DNA from: Promethearchaeota archaeon
Lineage (GTDB): Archaea; Asgardarchaeota; Thorarchaeia; Thorarchaeales; Thorarchaeaceae
Reading direction: 5' to 3'
NCBI GenBank assembly: GCA_048937485.1
Contig: JBHLND010000003.1
Coordinates: forward strand, 1-33,569
DNA length: 33,569 nt
Position 1 is the stretch's first letter, and every line of letters begins with the position of its first letter. Shown in pieces: positions 9,122-18,081 of the stretch. Under the pieces are notes generated by a model. That model did no database searches, was not told the origin of the DNA, and worked only from the letters and a program-made list of their open reading frames with translations. Made by a program: the position numbers and the translations under genes.

Positions 9122-11053
9122 ATGCGCGGCGTTCGGATTATTGGATTGACAATACTTGTGCTTCTGGTGGCGAGCATACTGACCAGCACTCCGTTGCATG
9201 TGTCAGCTCAGACCGAACTACAACCTAGTTCTATGACGGTCGCCGGGGAAATCGTGGACAATTACGCTAATGTGACATATTCTCTCATGTATGACAACTC
9301 TGCCTCCGAAACTGCCCGTGAGGTGAGTTGGTTCTTCGCGTTACAGGAGGGTGTTAGACTCAGCAATATGTCGGTTGCAATTGGTGAGGAAATCTACTGG
9401 GGGAGAGCAATGCGTGAGGAGCAGGCAATTGATGTCTTCAACGCCAGCGTGGAAGCTAATGAAACCGCAGCTCTTGTTGTACGTGAATACGGCGGATACA
9501 GAGTGACCCTCAACGTACGAAACAATACGGTGGCTATTCTCTCTGTCTACGTTGAGGGTCTCTTAACAAGAGACTCTGGACTCTACAATCTTAGACTTCC
9601 AATTGCTGTTGGGCAAGTAGTTTGGACTGACTTCTCCTTTGATATGACCATAAAATCACACTATGGTCCCATTGCTGGATATGGCATTACTGGCATCCCA
9701 AGTTTTACTGCAACAGATCTAGCTAATGGAGTTCGATTGCAGTATTCAGCTCCGGAGTTCTCACTTCCGGATTGGATCAGGCTTACTTATGGACTAGATA
9801 GACAGACTGGCGGGAGTCAACTCCTCGTTCATGATAATGGGAGTGACAAGTTCTTCACCTATCTCCTAGCGCCAAGCATTACAGAGGTTTCTGATAGAGC
9901 TTACAGACAATATGTATTTGTCATTGACAAGTCCGGATCAATGGGAGACCAGAAAATGGAACAGGCAAAAACCGCATTCAATGCTATGGTGGAAGACTTG
10001 GGTCCATACGACGTGTTCAATATTGTCAGATTCGACACAACAGTTGATATCCTATGGGTAGAACCCCATTCAGCAACTGAGGCGAACGTGGAAACCGCTC
10101 AGACATGGATAAGTGGCACATACGCCAGTGGGAGCACCAACTTCCACGGAGCATGCATGGAAGGATTGAGAACTTTCTATGAAGGTGATTATGTCAAAGT
10201 AATGTTCATGCTATCTGATGGTTTGCCAACTGCTGGTGAGATTGTATCTACTCAAGGGATTCTTGCGGCCGTTCAGGAAGCCAATGTATTGGACGTTTCA
10301 ATCTCGACAGTTGCCTTCGGATCAGGGGCAGATGAAAATCTCATGGCCAATCTTGCCGCGCAGAACAGCGGATTCTTCGCATTCATTCAGCCGGATGATA
10401 ATGCAGCAAGCAAACTATTTGATTTCTATGAGCAATTTGCCACTCCAATAGCTCATTCCTACAGCATTCAGGTCAATGGCGCGGAAGATGTGAACACATT
10501 GCAGCCTCTTGAGGACTCTCCATTCTTCAATGGTTCCGAGGTCGTGATTAGTGGTCGCTATTTAGAGTCAGTGGACATACAAACATCCATCGCCTATGTG
10601 ACCGGCACAGAGAATTACGAGAACTCTGCTACAGATGCACCATTTGATCAGCCCCATGTAGAATACATTTGGGCTCAACATAGGATTTCCTACCTCCTCG
10701 AGCTACAGCGCCTCTTGAGTGAGGATCTCTCTCGGCGTGACGAAGTCATCTCGATTGCTCTCGACTATGGAATCATCGTTGAGGGATATACTGCATTAGT
10801 GTTAACGGCTTACGATGCTGTAGAGTCGCCGCCAGATGACATTACCATACCCACAACCACGACAGCTTGGAATCCTCCGTATACAACCACTAACACTTGG
10901 ACAACAACGTCTGGCGCTTGGAGGACCACGACCACAGGGGCGCCTGCAGATTTCACTGTCTCTATAGTGGCTGGCTCCGCCAGCTTCGCTGTAATTGTTT
11001 TGCTTGGATTCGCCTTTCTTTCAAGGTTCGTTAGAAAGAAGCCAAGTGGATAA
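9122..11053 (+). CDS. Secreted, membrane-anchored VIT + vWA domain protein (inter-alpha-trypsin inhibitor heavy-chain-like)
   Basis: Signal peptide; VIT-like N-terminal region; intact MIDAS (VFVIDKSGSM, GSTNF, MLSDG); post-vWA motifs EYIWAQHRI and YGIIVEGYTALVL; Thr-rich linker, TM helix and RKKP tail. Confidence 0.88.
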   Translation: MRGVRIIGLTILVLLVASILTSTPLHVSAQTELQPSSMTVAGEIVDNYANVTYSLMYDNSASETAREVSWFFALQEGVRLSNMSVAIGEEIYWGRAMREEQAIDVFNASVEANETAALVVREYGGYRVTLNVRNNTVAILSVYVEGLLTRDSGLYNLRLPIAVGQVVWTDFSFDMTIKSHYGPIAGYGITGIPSFTATDLANGVRLQYSAPEFSLPDWIRLTYGLDRQTGGSQLLVHDNGSDKFFTYLLAPSITEVSDRAYRQYVFVIDKSGSMGDQKMEQAKTAFNAMVEDLGPYDVFNIVRFDTTVDILWVEPHSATEANVETAQTWISGTYASGSTNFHGACMEGLRTFYEGDYVKVMFMLSDGLPTAGEIVSTQGILAAVQEANVLDVSISTVAFGSGADENLMANLAAQNSGFFAFIQPDDNAASKLFDFYEQFATPIAHSYSIQVNGAEDVNTLQPLEDSPFFNGSEVVISGRYLESVDIQTSIAYVTGTENYENSATDAPFDQPHVEYIWAQHRISYLLELQRLLSEDLSRRDEVISIALDYGIIVEGYTALVLTAYDAVESPPDDITIPTTTTAWNPPYTTTNTWTTTSGAWRTTTTGAPADFTVSIVAGSASFAVIVLLGFAFLSRFVRKKPSG

Positions 11054-11062
11054 CATGCCTGT

Positions 11063-11089
11063 GAAGTGAAGGGGATTTCCTTTCACTTC
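11063..11089 (+). terminator. Hairpin plus pyrimidine tract after the VIT-vWA gene
   Basis: GAAGTGAAGGGG-att-TCCTTTCACTTC forms a 12-bp stem with two G-U pairs, 10 nt after the stop, followed by TATCTCTTTCTT. Confidence 0.55.
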
Positions 11090-11190
11090 TATCTCTTTCT
11101 TAATCTAGGTTCTTTGTGAGTCAAAGATAAAAGGCAGTGGTCTGACTGCCGCAAAAAGTAGATAGCACATCAGAAACTGGGTGAACCCAC

Positions 11191-12105
11191 TTGACAGAAC
11201 CAGAGGTTGAAGACAAACGCATTACACTAGCCGAGGCTGCGAAGATGGTTCCAGATGGCTCAGAGTTGTTCTGGGGTGGTTTTGGTTACCAACGCGCACC
11301 AATTGCCTTTGCACACGAATTGGTGCGGCAGAAGAAACGAAATCTAAACATCCAAACATGTGGCTCGGAGGTAGACTTGGAGATAATGTGTGGATCCGGA
11401 GTTGCCGATCGATTTGAGATTGCTTTCACTGCCATTGAAGCGCTTGGTCTTTCAAACAACGCCCGCCGAAGAGTAGCTGAGGGTAAACTACGGGTTGAGG
11501 ACTACAGCAACCTGGCTATGGCTATGCGTTTTCTTGGAGGTGCTCTGAATGTTCCCTTTATGCCTATCCGAAGTCTGATGGGTACGGATATGGCAAGATT
11601 GGCTCGATTCAAAGGAGACCAGAAGCTTAAGGTCATTGACTGCCCCTTCACGGGTGAGAAGATTTGTCTTGTTCCTTCCATCAAACCTGACTTTAGTATT
11701 GTTCATGTTCAAAGAGTTGATATGACAGGGAATGCCCAAATTGATGGTATTGTTGGCGAGGATATCGAAGGCTCCCGGTGCGGTAAGAAATTGATTGTAT
11801 TGGCTGAAGAGCTGATTGATGAGGAGGAAATCCGGTCGCACCCAGACCAGACGAAGATTCCTGCGATGTATGTTGACCATGTGGTGATTCTCCCATTCAC
11901 TGCTCACCCGATGATGTGTCACAATTACTACGACTATGATTTGGAGCACCTTCAGATGTTCCATATGCTCACACGAGATGAAGAAGGCTGGCAGGAGTAT
12001 CTTAACGACTACATCCTTGGAGTGGAAACCCATGCAGAGTATCTCGAAAAAATCGGATGGGCAAATCTGAACAAGCTCAAGGCAAAGGATCCGTATGGAT
12101 ACTAG
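11191..12105 (+). CDS. gctA: Family I CoA-transferase subunit A (glutaconate CoA-transferase GctA-like)
   Basis: Motifs GGFGYQRAPIAFAHELVRQ, EDYSNLAMAMRFLGGALNVPFMP, GTDM, CPFTGE and HVQRVDMTGN; TTG start after GGGTGA. Substrate cannot be determined. Confidence 0.85.
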   Translation: MTEPEVEDKRITLAEAAKMVPDGSELFWGGFGYQRAPIAFAHELVRQKKRNLNIQTCGSEVDLEIMCGSGVADRFEIAFTAIEALGLSNNARRRVAEGKLRVEDYSNLAMAMRFLGGALNVPFMPIRSLMGTDMARLARFKGDQKLKVIDCPFTGEKICLVPSIKPDFSIVHVQRVDMTGNAQIDGIVGEDIEGSRCGKKLIVLAEELIDEEEIRSHPDQTKIPAMYVDHVVILPFTAHPMMCHNYYDYDLEHLQMFHMLTRDEEGWQEYLNDYILGVETHAEYLEKIGWANLNKLKAKDPYGY

Positions 12106-12116
12106 GAGGTAAGAGG

Positions 12117-12887
12117 ATGGTCGAATACAGCAAGATCGAGTTCTTGGTAGCTTGTGCATCCAGCCATGTCAGGGATGGTGAGAATGTCTTTGGAGGCACA
12201 GGTATGCCGCTATTAGCTGCTCTGCTCGCCAAGGAGACCCACGCGCCCAGGATGAACCTCATCTCGGAAGCCGGTTTCATTGATGCTCGTCCTCGAGAAG
12301 TGCCTCTCTCTGTCGCAGACACGCGATATTACTACGGTTGCTCAGCAGCCATTGGCCTTATAGAAACCCTTGGCTTCATCTTGCAGGGGGGCAGAATAGA
12401 CGTTGGATTCCTAGGGGCCGCTCAGATTGATGAATATGGTAACATCAATACTACCTATATTGGTCCCTTTGAGAATCCAAAGGTGAAACTTCCTGGCAGT
12501 GGTGGGGGTAATGACATTGCTTCCTCTGCAAAGCGGTTGATTCTGATGATGACGCATGATAAGCGCAAGTTCCTCAAGAAGCTTGATTACTTTACAAGTC
12601 CGGGCCATATGGAGGGGCCGGGCTCTCGAAAGAAATGGTCGCTTGTCGGTGGAGGTCCCGATGTTGTAATCACTGATATTTGCCAAATGGATTTTGATCC
12701 GGATTCTCTCAAGATACGACTAAAATCTGTACATCCGGGATACACGATTCAGGATGTATTGGACAACATTATGTTTGACTTAATAGTTCCCGACGATGTT
12801 CCGACAACCCCCGAGCCTTCTAAGGAACAGATTGAGATTATGCACAAACTTGATCCAAATGGAATCTACCTTGGGAAAGGTGGATAA
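12117..12887 (+). CDS. gctB: Family I CoA-transferase subunit B (GctB-like)
   Basis: ATG 12117 after GGAGGT; GTGMP, catalytic Glu in LISEAG, GFLGAAQIDEYGNIN, LPGSGGGND, SVHPG. Confidence 0.85.
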   Translation: MVEYSKIEFLVACASSHVRDGENVFGGTGMPLLAALLAKETHAPRMNLISEAGFIDARPREVPLSVADTRYYYGCSAAIGLIETLGFILQGGRIDVGFLGAAQIDEYGNINTTYIGPFENPKVKLPGSGGGNDIASSAKRLILMMTHDKRKFLKKLDYFTSPGHMEGPGSRKKWSLVGGGPDVVITDICQMDFDPDSLKIRLKSVHPGYTIQDVLDNIMFDLIVPDDVPTTPEPSKEQIEIMHKLDPNGIYLGKGG

Positions 12888-12908
12888 GATGGCGGAGTCG
12901 GTTTTCGC

Positions 12909-13655
12909 GTGAGTGACATCAATCTTGAGAAATATCGTGCAATTGTGTTTGATCTTGATTCAACGCTAACAGACACGCATCGATACCCAATTCGAGCAAG
13001 CGAATGGCTCCTTTCAAAGATTCAGTCCAGTTCGGTAGACATTCTGCAAGCTTATGTTACCGAGCTTGTGAAGCATTATAGATCTGAGATTAAGGCTATA
13101 GTAAACGGCCGGCCTTACAAGACTCCATTTCAAGTTGTGCACGATGCAATTAGCACAACACTGGCCGCCTTGGAGATTCCTGCTACTAGTGCAATAATAA
13201 TTGAGGCCACCCAGGTCTTCAAAGACCTCCACCTTGAGCTCTCGGAGATAGCCCCAGGAGTAAGCGAGCTTCTGTCATTCATTCAAAGAAGAAGCCTTGC
13301 TATGGGAGTTATAACGAATTCCTTCGAGGGACATGCGAAGGTAATATTGGAGAGAATCGGCATTAGCAAGTATTTTGCTGCAGTTGTTGATGGAGGTGTT
13401 TCTCAGGCATACAAACCCATGCCCCAGCCATTTGAACATGCAATGGCAACACTCAGAGCCACCTCCAAAAACACGTTATATATTGGGGATGAGTTTGTGG
13501 CTGATATTATTGGCTCAAAATCTCTGGGTTTAGATTGCATATGGCTCAATAACCGCAATTTACCGTTAGAGGATTATCTTTCGAAACATGGCTCTCAATA
13601 TGCTCCTGACCTTGTGATTGAATCTATTTCAGAGCTCCTCCAACACATCTCGTAA
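12909..13655 (+). CDS. HAD-superfamily hydrolase (subfamily IA)
   Basis: Motif I FDLDSTL, motif II ITNS, motif III KP, motif IV GDEFVADI. Confidence 0.9.
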   Translation: MSDINLEKYRAIVFDLDSTLTDTHRYPIRASEWLLSKIQSSSVDILQAYVTELVKHYRSEIKAIVNGRPYKTPFQVVHDAISTTLAALEIPATSAIIIEATQVFKDLHLELSEIAPGVSELLSFIQRRSLAMGVITNSFEGHAKVILERIGISKYFAAVVDGGVSQAYKPMPQPFEHAMATLRATSKNTLYIGDEFVADIIGSKSLGLDCIWLNNRNLPLEDYLSKHGSQYAPDLVIESISELLQHIS

Positions 13656-13723
13656 CTAGACGAGCAACATCTATATTCTAGATATTCGAGTCCCTACTCC
13701 CTTATAATGGAGATGAGATAGTC

Positions 13724-14173
13724 TTGACTAGGGATGATAACGCTGAAGGACCAATGAAGGCTCGTGATGACCTAGTTGATATCCTCAGGGCTGATCCTGA
13801 AATCTCAAAGGATATTGTATCAATAATTGAAAGCGAGCTGAAGGACATCCAGGACAAGGATGTCTTCGAAGCCATCTCCACTACGCTTAGAGAGGCGGCT
13901 TCTCATTCAGGAGTGAAATCAGAGACCCGCGATAATGTTCTGTACTGGCTTACTCAAACAAGTCCAGATGTTCGAGAGCTGATCCTCGTAAGGACCATTG
14001 AAGAGCTACTTGAAACGGATGCAACTCGTAAGGCAACACTTGAAGCTCTGGCAAAGGTATCATCCAAGGAAAACGTCGATATGGTTTTTGAATGGGTGAA
14101 GAGCAACATTCTGACATTGAATCAGGCAGTATATGTTCTCCTCTACCCAGATTCATCTGAGGCACTCAAGTAG
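13724..14173 (+). CDS. Hypothetical all-helical acidic protein
   Basis: 149-aa ORF with amphipathic helical composition; SD-like GGAGATGA before TTG; alternative ATG at 13754. Confidence 0.75.
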   Translation: MTRDDNAEGPMKARDDLVDILRADPEISKDIVSIIESELKDIQDKDVFEAISTTLREAASHSGVKSETRDNVLYWLTQTSPDVRELILVRTIEELLETDATRKATLEALAKVSSKENVDMVFEWVKSNILTLNQAVYVLLYPDSSEALK

Positions 14174-14207
14174 AATCCTCATCATGAGCATGGAAGCGAA
14201 TTGACTA

Positions 14208-14450
14208 TCATGTTTCCAGCAACTTCTTCACATGTTTTTCCCATTTGGGTTCTAACTCTAGGGCTTTTTCAGCAGCTTCCTTTGCCTGCTTTTTCTGACC
14301 CAGCTGAAGGTGTAGCTTTGCCTTGTAAAACCAAGCCTTGGCGAATTCGGGGTCAATATTTATTGCGGCCTCGTAAGCCTTGAGGGCTTCTTCCAAATCG
14401 CCAGCAACCTCGTGTATCCTTGCTTGGCTAAACCAGTCATATTGGGTCAT
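14208..14450 (-). CDS. Small tetratricopeptide-repeat protein
   Basis: Two TPR units (WFSQARIHEVAGDLEEALKAYEAAINIDP; AWFYKAKLHLQLGQKKQAKEAAEKALELEP). A possible CTG start lies at 14471. Confidence 0.85.
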   Translation of the reverse strand: MTQYDWFSQARIHEVAGDLEEALKAYEAAINIDPEFAKAWFYKAKLHLQLGQKKQAKEAAEKALELEPKWEKHVKKLLET

Positions 14451-14535
14451 TTCATCAGGGGTTACACTCAGGCCGATCTCCTCCTCATGTAGTCTTTTGA
14501 AAACGGTCCTTTTAACTTTGCAGTTTTCCTGTAAT

Positions 14536-14550
14536 CGAAAGCCTTTATAT
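14536..14550 (+). promoter_or_regulatory. Archaeal BRE + TATA box for the mutase operon
   Basis: CGAAAGCC-TTTATAT lies about 45 nt upstream of the TTG at 14596, with SD GAGGTG in between. Confidence 0.6.
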
Positions 14551-14595
14551 CGTCACGAGAAGTTCTTCGTTGTCCAACCATAGAGAGGTGGGCTT

Positions 14596-14997
14596 TTGAA
14601 TTCGACCAAGAAGATACGTGTTCTCGTTGCTAAACCCGGATTGGACGGGCATGATCGCGGCGCAAAAGTAGTTGCTCGCGCACTTCGAGATGCCGGGATG
14701 GAAGTGATTTACACAGGTCTCCGACAGACTCCTGAGATGGTTGTGAGAGCTGCAATCGATGAGTCGGTCGACTGCATTGGTCTAAGCATCCTTAGCGGCG
14801 CCCATATGGCTCTGTTTCCGAGAATCATGGAATTGCTGAGAGAGGAGGGTGGATATGACATCCTTGTTGTTGGCGGTGGCATTATTCCCGAGGACGATAT
14901 TCCGGAGCTGAAGAAGGCAGGCATTGCAGAGATTTTCGGCCCAGGTACTCCTCTCGAGGACATCATTGAATACATCAAGACAAATGTGAAGTCCTGA
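14596..14997 (+). CDS. Methylmalonyl-CoA mutase, cobalamin-binding small subunit
   Basis: [14 protein letters not shown] (DxHxxG), [30 protein letters not shown]. Confidence 0.96.
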   Translation: MNSTKKIRVLVAKPGLDGHDRGAKVVARALRDAGMEVIYTGLRQTPEMVVRAAIDESVDCIGLSILSGAHMALFPRIMELLREEGGYDILVVGGGIIPEDDIPELKKAGIAEIFGPGTPLEDIIEYIKTNVKS

Positions 14998-15008
14998 TTG
15001 ATTTACTA

Positions 15009-15989
15009 GTGGGGCCGGTTCTGTTGTCTGTGGAAGAGCTTGCTGATGGTGTTCTTGGAGGCAACAGACGTGCGCTTGCACAGCTGATCTCTCTTATTGA
15101 GGATGAGGACGCCAATGCCCCCCGAATTCTCGCACGGCTCTATCGGCATACTGGACGAGCTCATATCGTAGGTGTCACCGGGCCTCCGGGATCAGGGAAG
15201 AGCACGCTTGTAACTAGAATCACAAAGGAACTTCGTGACCGAGGCAAAACGATTGGTGTAATTTGTGTGGATCCCTCAAGCCCCTTTTCAGGGGGAGCTC
15301 TGCTTGGTGACCGTATTAGGATGCAGGAGCACGCTCTTGACAAGGAGGTCTACGTTCGTAGCATGGGTACCCGTGGTCATTTGGGTGGCCTTGCTCGTGC
15401 AACATCAGACGCAGTAAGGGCGGTGGATGCCTTTGGCAAGGATGTGATTCTCGTCGAAACAGTTGGGGCAGGTCAGTCGGAAGTCGAGATCATCGAGTTG
15501 GCTCACACTGTGATTGTGACCGATGTTCCAGGCAGCGGAGATGACATCCAAGCGATTAAGGCAGGTATTATGGAGATTGCTGACATTTTTGTAGTCAACA
15601 AATCCGACTTGGATGGAGCCGAACGAAAAGTTGCTGAAATCAACGCCATGCTTGATATTGACACACGCGAGAAGCCCTGGAGACCTCCAGTTCTTCTGAC
15701 CAATGCGCGTAGTGGAGAGGGGATCTCTGAGCTTGCTGATACAATTGGTGAGCATATTGAGTATCTACGCTCTAGTGGCCTCTTGGAGGAGCGGGGGCTG
15801 CAACGCAGTAAGGATGAATTGGAGCAAATAATGGAGTACAAGCTAACTCATCAATTGCTTACAGAGCTTCGTGGTCGACCTGAATACGATGAAGCTATCT
15901 CAAAGATTGCAAAGCGTACTGAGGATCCCTATACTGTGGCTGAGAAGCTAGTAACTGATTTTCTGCTAAAATACAGGGACGGGTGCTAA
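15009..15989 (+). CDS. meaB: Methylmalonyl-CoA mutase-associated GTPase MeaB
   Basis: P-loop GPPGSGKST, VDPSSPFSGGALLGDRIRM, ETVGAGQSE, GDDIQAIKAGIME, NKSD. Confidence 0.96.
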   Translation: MGPVLLSVEELADGVLGGNRRALAQLISLIEDEDANAPRILARLYRHTGRAHIVGVTGPPGSGKSTLVTRITKELRDRGKTIGVICVDPSSPFSGGALLGDRIRMQEHALDKEVYVRSMGTRGHLGGLARATSDAVRAVDAFGKDVILVETVGAGQSEVEIIELAHTVIVTDVPGSGDDIQAIKAGIMEIADIFVVNKSDLDGAERKVAEINAMLDIDTREKPWRPPVLLTNARSGEGISELADTIGEHIEYLRSSGLLEERGLQRSKDELEQIMEYKLTHQLLTELRGRPEYDEAISKIAKRTEDPYTVAEKLVTDFLLKYRDGC

Positions 15990-15992
15990 ATC

Positions 15993-17663
15993 ATGAATGA
16001 CAAAGAGCGTCTCTCCAGTGCTGAAAGACAGTGGAGGGAAAAGACTGTTGAGAAGACTCTGGAGAAATTCCCAGAGCGAAGTGAGGAGTTCAAGACAATT
16101 TCAGGTCTCCCAATCAAACGGCTCTACACTCCACTTGATACTAAGGAGCTTAACTACGAGAACGATTTGGGTTTTCCAGGCGAGTATCCTTTCACTAGAG
16201 GCGTTCAACCAACAATGTATCGTGGTCGATTATGGACCATGCGTCAATATAGCGGCTTCGCCACCGCCCTTGAAACAAATGAACGCTTTAGATTCTTGCT
16301 TGAACAGGGACAGACTGGTCTCTCAGTGGCATTTGACCTACCTACTCAGATAGGTTATGACTCTGATGATGCCTATGCCCACGGAGAAGTTGGGAAAGTA
16401 GGTGTCGCTATTGACTCTCTGGCTGATATGGAGGTTCTATTCGATTCCATCCCTCTGGACAAGGTTAGCACTTCTATGACAATCAATGCCCCTGCCGCAG
16501 TCCTACTGGCCATGTACATCGCTGTTGCTGAGAAACAAGGCGTTTCCATGGACAAACTCCAGGGGACTATCCAGAATGACATTCTAAAGGAATTCGTGGC
16601 AAGGGGCACTTACATTTTCCCTCCAAAGCCGTCTATGCGACTCATTACTGATACATTCAGTTTTTGCCGTGACAACTTGCCTCGTTTCAACACAATCTCA
16701 ATTTCTGGGTACCACATTAGAGAAGCTGGCTCTACAGCCGTGCAAGAAGTGGCGTTTACTATTGCCAATGGCATATCTTATGTGGAAGCTGCAGTGAAGG
16801 CAGGTCTTGATATCGATTCCTTTGCCCCGCGCCTGTCCTTCTTCTTTGGAAGTCACTCTGATTTCTTTGAAGAAATTGCCAAATTCCGGGCGGCGAGAAG
16901 ACTCTGGGCCAGAATCATGAAGGAACGCTTCGGGGCGCAGAATGACAAATCGCTCATGATGAGATTTCATACCCAGACTGCGGGATGCACTCTAACCGCT
17001 CAGCAGCCTGACAACAACGTGGTTAGAGTTACTCTTCAGGCACTACAAGCAGTCCTAGGAGGAACGCAGTCGCTCCACACTAATTCGCGCGATGAGGCAC
17101 TATCTCTTCCAACTCAGGATTCTGTTCAAATTGCTCTTCGAACTCAGCAAATCATTGCCTATGAGACCGGTGTTGGCGATACAATTGACCCCCTAGCTGG
17201 TTCTTACTTCATAGAGTTTCTGACTGACGAAATTGAAAGAGGAGCTGCTGACTACCTTGAAAGAACTGATTCCATGGGAGGTGCCATTATGGCTATAGAG
17301 AAGGGATTCATTCAGCGTGAGATTCATGAAAGCGCCTATAGCTACCAACGTGATGTTGACCGGAAGCATCGTGTTGTAGTCGGTGTTAATGAATTTACTG
17401 TGGAAGAAGAGCAGGAATTTGACTATCTGCGTGTGGATCCGAGGACTGAGCAGGCACAGGTGAATAGACTGAAGGAGATTCGTAGAAACAGAGATCAGGG
17501 CGCAGTAGATCAGATTCTGGAAGCCCTGGAAACTGCTGCAAAGGGGTCCGACAACTTGATGCCCATCCTGCTTGATGCAGTGAAAGCGTATGCAACTCTC
17601 GGTGAAATCTGCAGTGTTCTGCGAAGTGTGTTCGGAGAATACAAGGCTCCAGACATATTGTGA
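15993..17663 (+). CDS. Methylmalonyl-CoA mutase, large (substrate-binding) subunit
   Basis: [19 protein letters not shown] (Tyr), [14 protein letters not shown] (Arg), [20 protein letters not shown]. The Tyr/Arg pair indicates methylmalonyl-CoA rather than isobutyryl-CoA mutase. Confidence 0.96.
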   Translation: MNDKERLSSAERQWREKTVEKTLEKFPERSEEFKTISGLPIKRLYTPLDTKELNYENDLGFPGEYPFTRGVQPTMYRGRLWTMRQYSGFATALETNERFRFLLEQGQTGLSVAFDLPTQIGYDSDDAYAHGEVGKVGVAIDSLADMEVLFDSIPLDKVSTSMTINAPAAVLLAMYIAVAEKQGVSMDKLQGTIQNDILKEFVARGTYIFPPKPSMRLITDTFSFCRDNLPRFNTISISGYHIREAGSTAVQEVAFTIANGISYVEAAVKAGLDIDSFAPRLSFFFGSHSDFFEEIAKFRAARRLWARIMKERFGAQNDKSLMMRFHTQTAGCTLTAQQPDNNVVRVTLQALQAVLGGTQSLHTNSRDEALSLPTQDSVQIALRTQQIIAYETGVGDTIDPLAGSYFIEFLTDEIERGAADYLERTDSMGGAIMAIEKGFIQREIHESAYSYQRDVDRKHRVVVGVNEFTVEEEQEFDYLRVDPRTEQAQVNRLKEIRRNRDQGAVDQILEALETAAKGSDNLMPILLDAVKAYATLGEICSVLRSVFGEYKAPDIL

Positions 17664-17674
17664 GGGAAATAGGA

Positions 17675-18079
17675 ATGACCGTTGAAAAGATAGACCACAT
17701 TGGAATTGCTGTCGAAAGCATTGAGGAAATGCTCCCATATTACAGAGATAGCCTTGGGCTTGACTACAAGGGATCTGAGGTAGTTGCTGAACAGAAGGTG
17801 AAGGTGGCTTTTCTCGAGATAGGGGAGAGTCGCATTGAATTGTTGGAGCCAACCTCAGATGACAGCCCTGTGGCTAGATTCCTTGCCAAGCGTGGTTCAG
17901 GAATACATCATATTTCAGTTCTAGTAGATGACATCGAAGAGGCTTTGGGAAAGCATGAGAAGAATGGAGCTATGCTAATTGACAAGGAACCACGAATTGG
18001 AGCTCACAACATGAAGATTGCTTTCATTCACCCCAAATCAACGGGCGGAGTTTTGCTGGAGCTAAGTCAGAAGCAATAG
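17675..18079 (+). CDS. mce: Methylmalonyl-CoA epimerase
   Basis: VOC-fold motifs IDHIGIAV, EQKVKVAF, IELLEP, GIHHI, FIHPKSTGGVLLEL; lies in the mutase operon. The track starts it at GTG 17660. Confidence 0.94.
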   Translation: MTVEKIDHIGIAVESIEEMLPYYRDSLGLDYKGSEVVAEQKVKVAFLEIGESRIELLEPTSDDSPVARFLAKRGSGIHHISVLVDDIEEALGKHEKNGAMLIDKEPRIGAHNMKIAFIHPKSTGGVLLELSQKQ

Positions 18080-18081
18080 AC

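Noticed and set aside
15993-17663. Isobutyryl-CoA or 2-hydroxyisobutyryl-CoA mutase assignment
   Set aside because: RQY and the Arg in KEFVARG are the methylmalonyl-CoA determinants, and an epimerase gene is adjacent.
11488-17852. Long antisense ORFs (e.g. 11488-12159, 17193-17852)
   Set aside because: They lie opposite highly conserved enzymes and have no recognisable motifs.
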